Shown: one piece after another, positions 53,795-64,000 of the stretch
Position numbering within the stretch: the stretch's first letter is position 1
Layout of the letters: the number at the start of each line of letters is the position of its first letter
From: Paramecium tetraurelia
Taxonomy: Eukaryota
Assembly (NCBI GenBank): GCA_000165425.1
Contig: CT868252.1
Location: 434,001-498,000 of the forward strand
Reading direction: 5' to 3'
Length of the DNA stretch: 64,000 nucleotides
The notes under the pieces: model-generated
What the model was told of the DNA's origin: nothing
Databases searched by the model: none
What the model saw: only the letters and a program-made list of their open reading frames with translations
Program-made: the position numbers and the translations under genes

Positions 53795-55102
53795 ATGTTG
53801 CTTAGATTTATAACCACAACCCATGAATTAAATTGGGCCTCACTATATTATTTCACAAAACACACTAGACCCAAAGCTTAACCTCATAGAGAGAAGACAA
53901 GAGCCAAAGCAATTAGTGATGATAAATCAGGAAAAATTGCCAAATCAGATCAAGAACAAGAATAAAAATAATAATAAGAAAATCTCAAGAAGAAAATAGA
54001 ATTAGAAAAATTAAGAGCATTATAACCAAAGATGCATACCTGGAGTTCATTTTATGAAACGCATATTCCTTAAACCAAAAAAGTACCAAAAACAATTTAT
54101 CTTTCCTTAAATGAGTAACCTGAAGGAAGAAGAAAGCATTACAAAAAGTTTGACTAACCTCCAGTTGATATTACCGAAGAATGCAATTAAAAATTTGAAA
54201 TTAAATAGCATACTTATGAGGACCCCTTTGCTTCACCAAAAAGAGCAGGATTGATTGCTGTTAAAGTCGGCATGACTGCCTAATGGGATAAATGGGGTTA
54301 CAGACATGCATTAACCGTCCTGCAATTAGATAATAATTAAGTTGTTTAAGTAGTTAAAAATGACACCTATACTGGCTTGTAGATAGGCGCAGGAAGAGTC
54401 AATATTAAAACCCTAAAAAAACCCCAAATAGGTCATTTCCTTAAAGCAAATGTAAATCTTAGGAGCTATAATAGATACCTCCAAAAAAATATATCAAGGA
54501 ATTCCCTATTACACCTGAAAACACATTGCCAGTCGGCTTTATGTTGACAGCAAGACATTTTACTCCAGGGTAGTACATTGACATTTAAGGTATTTCAACA
54601 GGAAAAGGTAAAACAATGTTTTGAATTATTTTTTTAGGATTTGGAGGTACTGTCAAAAGACACAATTTTAAAACACAACCAGCAACTCATGGTAACTCAT
54701 TGTGTCACAGACAATTGGGAAGTACTGGTTAAAGACAAGATCCAGGTCGAGTTTTTAAGGGAAAGAAGATGCCTGGTCATCTAGGAAATGATAAAGTGAC
54801 ATGTGAAGGCATTTAAGTAATTTTGAATATCATTTAATAAGATTTACAGAATAGATGCAGTTCGATAATTAATATACATTAAAGGTTCAGTTCCAGGAAA
54901 ACCAGGTTCAATCGTGTATTTAAGGGATTCTTGGAAGGCTTAAAAGAAAAACAAAGAATTACTTAACTTTCCAACTTTGGCTGTTGAGAATGGAAAGGAA
55001 TATGCTAAGGAAATTGTAATGGAAGCTCCATTAGAAGATCCTGAAATGGAGGAAACTCATGAGAACGATTTCCCAAAGGCTGGAGAAGATGCAGAGGATT
55101 GA
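53795..55102 (+). CDS. MRPL3: Mitochondrial ribosomal protein uL3m
   Basis: [74 protein letters not shown]; three tiny introns. Confidence 0.95.
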
Positions 55103-55162
55103 TATAAATAATAAGGGTATATAATAATATTAAATAAAAAAATAAATAACAAGTCACCATTT

Positions 55163-57933
55163 TCATTTTTAATTTTTTAATCTAATACACAGCTTTTTCT
55201 TTTTCGACTCCATTCTTGATACTTAATCGTCATCTATGTCCATTTTTTATTATATTTCTTAAATACTATTTTGATCTAAATTTGATAAATTAATATTCTG
55301 AAAATTTGAAATGTCTAATTATTTTTGTGAGTTTTTATTAGAATTTTTATTCTATTATTCTTGAGGCTTATAATTCATCTGATAACTTTGTAGATTGATA
55401 TACTCATTTTGTTATTATTATTCATTCAAATTTTTCACCCTTTCTTGGGTTTCATCTTTTAACTTTTCAAAATCGTTTTTATTTTGCAAACCAAAAAATT
55501 GGAGTTTTCTTTTTTTGCAATCTTGTTCTTGAATAGGCTTTTATTCAATTTGCTCTTTGATACATTATTCTTTAATAGAGATTGTTCTATTATAAAATTC
55601 TTTCGTTTGCTTGATCACCTCATCATCATTGACCCAAGGTTAGATGGCTGGCTGTGCCCATTTTGATAGCCCTTATTTTATATCTCTATATTCAAATCTC
55701 TTATCGCATAGATAAACAATACTTAATAATATTATTATATTTTTACCCATAATCATTTATGTGTCGAATAACTCTTCCCATGGCTTGATTAGTAGCACGA
55801 ATGGCCTATTGAGTATACCACTCAGAGCTCTTTATTCGTTATTAATTAGTAAATTCTGGATCATTAAAGATTTTATCCAAGTAGCCCATTTTCTCTAGTA
55901 GATGATTGTCTTATTTAGGAGGATAGGGAACCCCAACTAAAAATATAGCTCTACATAATTCATCAGAGAAATCAATTCCTTCAGCAACCTTTCCTCTATG
56001 GACTGCAAACATGATGGCACCTTTCTTAGACTTTTATTTGTATAGATCAAAAACGTTCTGCATTTCTGCACTTTGCTATGGTTCCCATAAGCAGGCTTTG
56101 ATTTCACATAACCTAGGTAATAATTTATTATATGTCCATTTGCTTCTGAATTTATTCATGAGACTATAGGATGAGAAAATAACAAGAATTCCATTGGGAA
56201 TAATCTAACTTAAGCTTAATAATGTAACACCAAATTTGCTGACTTATTCCTCGTTGTTTCTTTAATTGAATGAAAAATCAAAAGTTTTATGTTAGAAAAC
56301 TCTAAGATTTTTATTGAGGTCAATTATATGCTCATTAACTAGTTAAACTTCAAAAGGTATTCTTAATTCACAAGCCCATGATGGCATTGGGGACAGTGTA
56401 CCAGATGTCAACAAGATTGAGTATATACTTTTACTGAATAGCCTAGAAAAGGCAAGGGAGGGTTCAAGACACCACATATTAATGGATAACTAATTAGATT
56501 AGTCAAGAATGAAAGACAATTTGTATTGATTAAACTCGTTTTATAAAGAGTTTAATGATAATTTTTATTTCTCTCTTTCATCTTCAACCTTGATTAGATC
56601 AAAAACATTTTTCATAAACTTAACCCATGATTCAAAATGATAACCTGGAATCTGAGATAATTCACCCATAACTTCAATCAAAACAGAACAATGAATCAGA
56701 TATTTAGCAAAATTATTTTTATTGACTCCTTTTGCATAATTAGTCTAGGAATTCTCAGACCACAATCTAAATGTGTTTTCTTTGTCTTGAGTGTGTTCAA
56801 AAATCATATTTTATATTCTTCGAGCATCTGAAATTAAATATTTCTCATCCTTATCAGAAATGACAAATTCTGGATTATTTTTGAATGATTCAATATATTA
56901 AGCAAATACTCTAATTGTAATCATGATCGATCTGAATTCCTTTAATTCAGTCGGTACTTTAGCTGAATTTAATTTAGCTTTTAATTGATCATAAAAGATC
57001 GAGACTGATTCCAACTCATCAATCCACTTTTCAAGATCTTTTTCAGCTTCTATTATATTGTTATGAGTGATAAGAAATGAAGAACCTTCTTCAGCTGTCG
57101 ACTACACATTATGTGCTTCATCAAAAATCAAAATGGAATTTTCAATTTCAACAACATCTTAAAAGTCTTTCTCTAAGAGGTAATTATATGGAAGCAATAT
57201 GAGGTCTGCAAAATCCAATCTTTATCTCTCGAAATAATAAGGGCACAATTTATTTTTAAATCCAAATTATTTTGCTTCATCTAGACTACTTATCAATGTA
57301 CTATAATTTTGAGCCATAAGTATGAGATGTTCTTTTTTATAAAATTGACATTAATTTGACTTGACTGATTTTCGGCAACTTTAATTTAACAAAGTCCCTT
57401 TAATCGCACTAAAATCACCTCTTATACAATATTAATCCCTTGATCCAAGCATAGAAACATTAGGTTTATAGACGGTCTTCTTCAACTCCATAGCCACTTA
57501 TTTTAATTGAGCATGGGTTCTTGAAGAATAGATAATTTTAATATTCTTAGGCTGATCAGAATTTAATTGATCTTTTCTATTCTTTTTTAACCATGCCAAA
57601 GAAGCACAAAGCAAAGATAAAGTTTTGCCTGTCCCTGTTGGGGATTCCAATCTAATCTTTATTGATTTTAATAATATACAATGCATTTTATTTCTTATTT
57701 AACGCTCTTATCACACTTTCCATATAACTCTTTTAAACATCATATGGCTAATGAGGAAAATACACAGGAGTATTATCCAATACAAGTGAAGCTTGTTTCT
57801 TACACATGTTTCCATCTATTTCAATTTCCTTGACCATCATCTTATGGGTGCGTTCAGACTCCTCATCCAACAGTTGATGATGCTGAGCTTGCTTAGTAGC
57901 GAAGTATTATTGCAGTCCGAATGGAGTTTTCAT
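55163..57933 (-). CDS. XPD-family Fe-S DEAH helicase (RTEL1/FANCJ-like)
   Basis: [34 protein letters not shown], four Fe-S cysteines (QYC..SC..QC..CPYY), [37 protein letters not shown]. Confidence 0.93.
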
Positions 57934-58572
57934 TTTTGTAATTTTTGGAATCAAATTTGGTTCAAAAATTATTTTTAATTGAAATAACAATTACAATTTA
58001 AAATTAAGAATTAAGCGCTCCTAAATTCTCAGAAATCAATTGTATATGACAGTTTTTCAAATATTTAGAATTGGTAGGTTGGGAATGGAAGGACTTCAAT
58101 TCTAAAAGTAAAAAGTAATAATCCGAAGAATTATACCAAAAATATCATTGGCACTGATTTATTAAACATGGGAGGACTTTTCAAAGCAATATTCATGAAT
58201 GCTAACCATCTTATTAGCAAATTTAACTGTTTAAATTATACTCCAATAAATCTGAAAATCTATTTAATTAGAGTAATCTTTATTAGATTATTTAGAGTAA
58301 TAGGAATAGAAAAGATAAATACTTTTGAATAAAGTAAATTAATTCAAGAAAGATAATTGAATACTACCAATAGAAATACGCACTGCAAGTAATGGTTAAG
58401 AATCTCCTATTGGAGACACTCTCATTATATATTGACTAAAGGATTATTTGAGCAATATATTTTGAGTTCTAAAGCAATCAACCTAACAAAAATTTGAAAG
58501 TAGCAAAATTGATATAGGTTTTCCAGGAATTTTAATTTAATTGATTATAAATTAATATATACTCAATATTAA

Positions 58573-61522
58573 ATGACTAACTTGAAGTTGTTCTAAGTGA
58601 CTGGCTATCAAAATGAAATTATTGTATAAAAATATCCCTATTACTAGATTAAATCAGAATTACCATACATAACCACCTACCTAAAGTTTCATCGATTTTC
58701 ATAAATCATTGAAGAATCACCAAAATTTTAGGAATAGGAAGGAAATATCAAAGGAGATAAAAGATGCTCATACATCTTAGGAGTCTTTAAGACTTATAAT
58801 AAATCATTCATAGTGATTGTTGATGAATGCACAAAAGTTGCAACAATTCAGGATCAAATTATATATCACATTGATCAAGTGTCCTACTTTGCCATCGATG
58901 TAAAACAAACATTTAATTAGAGGACTATAATCCTAATAACAATAAAGATATTTTGGAAAGCATAAACAATCAAAAAAAACTATTGTAATCAGGATTCTAC
59001 TTCTCGCTCTATGGAGATATAACTCTTGCAAGACATTTTTAAAAGTATGAAAATAGTTTTGTTTGGAATAATAAACTCCTAAGCTCTTTTAGAGAGAATA
59101 AGATTTCCTCTAGTTGGCAATTGCCTATGATCTAGGGTTATGTTGAATAAATAGATTCCTAAATTGATAAATAGCCAGTTACAGTAGTTTTGATTTCCAG
59201 AAGAAGCAGATTTATGGGAGGAACTCGCTATTACTCAAGAGGAGTAAATGATGATGGCCATGTGGCTAATTTTGTTGAAACAGAGCAAATAATTATCTCA
59301 GGTTCAATTTTAATAAGTTTTGTTGTTATAAGAGGATCAGTTCCTTTATTTTGGAATTAAGATGGTGTTAATAGTATAAAACTAACTAGATCAAAAGAAT
59401 TAACATAATCTGCGTTTAGCAAACATTTTAATCTTTTAAGAAGATATGGCAAAATATTTTGCATTAATTTAATGTAAAATAGTAGATAATTAGAATAAGT
59501 ATTAACAGAAAACTTTTACTATCAACTCTAAAAGGCTAAATTAGATCATGTTAATTATTAATCTGTTGATTTTCATTCTTTAGTTAAAAATGGTAAGTCT
59601 TCTGGAGTTAATTCCTACATATATTAATATGATTAAACTTTGGAAAAATTTTAGTGCTATTTTGAAAAAGATAGACAAATGATAAAAAAATAAAATGGAG
59701 TCTTTCGAATCAATTGTTTGGATTGCTTGGATAGAACAAATTTATTTATGAGTAAGCTTTGTCTTTATAGTTTGGAGCGAGCTTTAAGAAATTTAAATCT
59801 ATAATTAAGTGGTAATAATGATATCCTTAATTCTTTTGATGAGAACAATAAAAAATTATTACATGATCTAATCATAAAATATAAGATTATGTGGGCTAAT
59901 AATGGAGATATGTTGAGTTTCATTTATTCAGGATCAGGAAGTACTGTATCAGAGATGGCGAGAGAGGGAAAAAGAGGTTTTATGGGAATGCTCAAAGATG
60001 GATACAATAACATCGAGAGATTTTATAATCGCCAATTTGAAGATGATGCTAAACAAAATACTATAAACTAATTATTGTATCAGTCAACATCATAAACTCA
60101 TTTTGATAGTTGGATTGCTCAGTAAGAGAAGCAATTCTGCACATTTAGTGAAATTTCAATTTTATTAATTACATGGAATGTTGGTGGTAATACTCCGATA
60201 ACAAAAGACTTTTTATAAAATATATTACATTTTCAAGAACAATCTAATCCAGATGTTATTGTCTTTGGTTTATAAGAAATTGTTGATTTGAATCCATAAA
60301 ATATTGTGATTATGAGCAACGAAAAAACCCTTTAGTTGTGGAATTAATTGATTCAATCTAACTTGTCAAAAATAGATTCCTATACAAAAATAGGAAATAG
60401 TGATTTAGTTGGTTTATATTTAGCAATTTTTGTGAAAACAAATTAAATCTCAAGAATAACATAAATTGATACAGATGCTATTAAAACTGGTTTGGGTGGC
60501 ACGTTGGGTAATAAAGGAGGTGTTTCGGTGAAATTTAATTTTGATGATTCTCTAGTAAATATGTTGTTTATCAATTATTTTAGTTAGGATTTACTTGTTG
60601 TCATCTTACATCTGGTAATAAATAATGTCAATAAAGATTATCAGACATAGATGAGATTCATCAAAAAGCCTTTTAAAATTCTAAATAGAAGATTAGTTTA
60701 AAGAACCTCGATTATTCATTTTTTTTCGGTGATATGAATTTCAGAATTGAATTGTCATATTAAGAAGTTATTGAACAAATTAAGAATTATCAATAATTAA
60801 TTTCAGAAGATCCAAATAGCCAGAAAGCAAAAAGAAAATTAGCCCATTTATTGAATTTCGATCAACTTGGAAAAAACAAAAATAAAAATTAACACCTTCA
60901 AAACTATCATGAAGGTAGCATCAATTTTTTACCAACCTATAAATATGATAAAAACTGTCAAATTTATGATACTTCAACAAAATTAAGAATACCTTCTTGG
61001 TGTGATAGAATTTTAGTTAATTGCAAAGAGGAATTGATTTGTTCATAACGTTATTATTAAAGAAATGAATGCTTAGATAGCGATCATCGGCCTGTATCTA
61101 GTTATTATGTTATTGAAATCAAAAAAATAGATAAAGAAAAGTTAGAATCTGTAAAATCTCTATATTGCTTATCATAAATGTAGAATTTTAAGTCTCCCCC
61201 ACCTAACTTTGATGTTTCAACAAAACCTTTTCCAACTAAATAATTTTAACAACCTCAATAACCTTAATAATATGGTAACTATTAAGATCTCTCATAAGAA
61301 TCATAGAATGATTAATAAAGAAACTAACAATAACTTAATTTAACTCCATAACACTAATAATAGATTTAAAACACTTAAGATTTTTTGAAAAATAATTAAG
61401 ATAAATAATAATAGTATTCTTAATAACATTAAGGCTTCGAATAATATACTTTTGAATAGATGTTATAGTAATAAAAATCTGCCTAATAACAATCAAATTA
61501 ACATAAGCTTGATTTATAATGA
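58573..61522 (+). CDS. Synaptojanin/Inp51-53-like SAC1 plus inositol 5-phosphatase
   Basis: [81 protein letters not shown]; Gln-rich tail. Confidence 0.95.
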
Positions 61523-61646
61523 ATTGTATTTTATTATCCAATAATTGAAATAATTTTTGAGTCTTTTAGTTTGGTATTCAATAGGTATATAAATTATTTA
61601 ATAAATAACTGTTTATAAATTATCATATTATAAATATAAAATGATT

Positions 61647-64000
61647 TCATAAATTTTTCTCTGAATTTGAAGATACTTAACTTCCAATCAAATTGGCCAT
61701 TCCTGAATTCATTATTTTCATAGTCATCTAAGCTTTTTCTTTCTTTAATTTTGTAACTTAATCTGATAAACACTTGTTTTACTCATTTAAACTTAAATAT
61801 TCTTTATTTAAATCTATTTTTTCTTGCTTTAAACTTGTATTTTATTTCTGTAGGGAGTCAATTTATTATTAAAGGGCAATAATCTTATTGTTCAAATTAT
61901 CACTTATTTGCTAATTTTCCCTTTTGAGCTAATTAATCGTTTATAAATTATTATTGTTTTAATCTTGAAGTGATTAGATTTAACTTTCATATTTTTAAGT
62001 CTATTATATTTTCTCCTTTTTTATTTGATTTAATTATTCTTATAAATTTAAATTTGCTTCTTATAATTTGTAAAGGTCACCTTAGCTATTTGGCTAAGAG
62101 ATAGGTTTATCGTTTTTCTAACCAGCAAGTTCCTCTTCTAAATTTTAATTGATCTCATTCAATCTTGATATGTCATCTTCAGTTGCTAGTAATTATTATT
62201 CTAAATTTTTTATCTTTTATTAGTAAATTGAAAGCTATTTGTTATTAATTTTTATTTAATCATCATATGTCCCAATTCTTAATTCTAGTTCCTTTATTTT
62301 ATTTTCATAATATTTTTACATTGAGACAGTTTAATTTTCTGTCTCCTCCACTGTTTTTTATTTTAACTCAAAATCTTTAGTTTTAAGTTAATTTTCTTTT
62401 AGTTTTTATTCTAATAACTTAATTTATTAATCTTTTTCAATGATTTATTTTTCTAAATCAACAGGTTTTTGGTCTCGCCTTAACGAATTTGGTTGTGCAA
62501 TTTAATTGTCTTAATTTTTTTTTTGCAACATTTAAATTTACTGTTCAATGATTTACTTTTATTCTTCGAAACGCTAAATAATAAAATGATAAATGTTACT
62601 TATTTCTATTCACTTTATTCTTTTAAGGATTAATCATATTTCTCCTATAACTCTTTTAAATTTTGTTCCAATATTTCATTATAATTGATCAACTCCACAT
62701 TTTTAATTTTAAGTTGTTTAATTTACTATCATAATTACTAAAATTAAATACATCCTGAAATTATTATTTTTCACTCATCATAATTTAATCATTTTATTTT
62801 CTTCTTAACTATTCTTCTTCATTTAATTTTTAATATAGTTCTTTTATTTAAGATTCTTTTTTGCTGTCCAGCTTTTAACTGGTTTCTAATTACGATTTTA
62901 ATTCTTCAATTTATTATTTTTACTGTTTTATTAAATTATTACTTTAATCTTATTCTCGATTGTTTTTCTCTTCCATTAATTCAAGCTAAGCTTACAATGT
63001 TTTAATTTTATTTTCAAAATCTCTGTTTATTTCAAAAACTTAATCTAAATGATGCAAAAGTAAATCCATTTCTTCTTTTTTATAAGATAATTATTATTCC
63101 AACTATTAAATTCTCTCTGTAGAATCATATGTGTCTGATTTTCGAGTAAAATTTTAAAAATTATTTTAATTAGAATTTCCAATCATAGAATTTAATTCTT
63201 AAATTTACTTAGTAAGAGATAATGTTTTATATTGTGAATCTTTGGTTAGATTTTAATATGCAGCCTCTTAATTTATCATAGCTTATTCTAAATTGTCAGC
63301 CTTTTTTTTTATTTTATTCATTTACTCGACTAAAGTTTTATTTTCCTATACTAAAACAGCTATCTTTTATTCTAAAAATAAAATCGATTATTTTTGTGAA
63401 CTAATTTAAGATTCTTTCTAAAATTAAATAGATGATATCATACATCTTGGCTTATTTTATTTATCTTATCTTCATACAATTATTACAGTTGTTGTTTTTC
63501 TACAATACTGATTTTTTGTACTTCTTCTAGTTTCCCATTTATGTGATGCTAAACCTAAATTTATTAACTTTATAATGTCTATTTGTGAGTTTAATCCAAT
63601 TCAACCATCTATTAACTCAAAATTGTATTATGTTATTTTAACTCATTTATTAGTTATTCCTGTTGTCTTTATTTCTAAGTATATTAATTTATCAGTTATT
63701 TTGTATTGTTTTCATATTTTTCTAAAGATGTATTATAATTATTCTAGAGCTTTTCATATTCCAATTTCTTTTCTTCTAGTGCTTAATGATACATATTTAG
63801 ATCATTGATTCTATCCTCTAAATATATTGGGATAAAGATTACATAAACTTTTTTAGATTTCTTTATTTTGATTTACTACATTATTTATTAAATCTTGCTA
63901 TTTCTGATTATCTTTTTGTTAGATAGCTAGTTTAGCATTAAGATTATTAATAACAGCATCAGTTTCTGTTTTTAAAAGAACATATTATTATTTCCATGTT
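61647..64000 (-). CDS. Gln/Lys-rich coiled-coil hypothetical protein, 5' part outside the window
   Basis: Long code-6 frame with TAA-rich heptads, one intron near 62575-62600, ends SEKNL-TGA. Confidence 0.65.

Noticed and set aside
57960..58560. Long open code-6 frame between the helicase and synaptojanin genes
   Set aside because: No recognisable motif or clear start. Open frames arise easily with a single stop codon; it may be a decayed gene but this is unsupported.
1350..61522. Apparent clustering of phosphatases (PTP, CTDSP, PTEN, synaptojanin)
   Set aside because: They are unrelated families spread over 60 kb in a genome rich in signalling genes; no evidence of a functional cluster.
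1..64000. Supplied ORF track as a gene set
   Set aside because: It was computed with TAA/TAG as stops and without introns. Most entries are antisense shadows or fragments of the code-6 genes.
1..64000. tRNA, rRNA, telomeric repeats, transposases, CRISPR arrays
   Set aside because: None recognised by eye.

Overview
AT-rich, gene-dense eukaryotic DNA that reads as ciliate macronuclear sequence, most likely Paramecium. TAA/TAG encode Gln, TGA is the only stop, GT..AG introns are about 22-29 nt, and intergenic gaps are often under 100 nt. The supplied standard-code ORF track is therefore mostly fragments or antisense noise. Translating by hand with code 6 gives about 30 protein genes. Recognisable products: an RPGRIP1L-like coiled coil, a classical PTP, a P5B ATPase, three tandem cytochrome P450s, a trichocyst matrix protein, an HPD-less J-domain protein, a TPR protein, a CTD small phosphatase, a Ser/Thr kinase, ETF-alpha, CFAP100-like, a divergent PTEN, a large type-I membrane protein, a C2+DUF1765-like protein, a putative HTH protein, a Rdx/CHORD-like multidomain protein, CCCH, NT-C2 and WD40 proteins, mitochondrial uL3, an RTEL1/FANCJ helicase and a synaptojanin-like phosphatase. 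There is one 150-N gap. Most notable: (1) a TPR gene built from one-repeat-per-exon 102-nt modules with all 13 introns in phase 1; (2) a CYP array whose middle copy looks like an unequal-crossover chimera and carries a frameshift; (3) an unusual jacalin-like/Rdx/CHORD-like domain fusion. Family calls come from motif recognition only; no searches were run.
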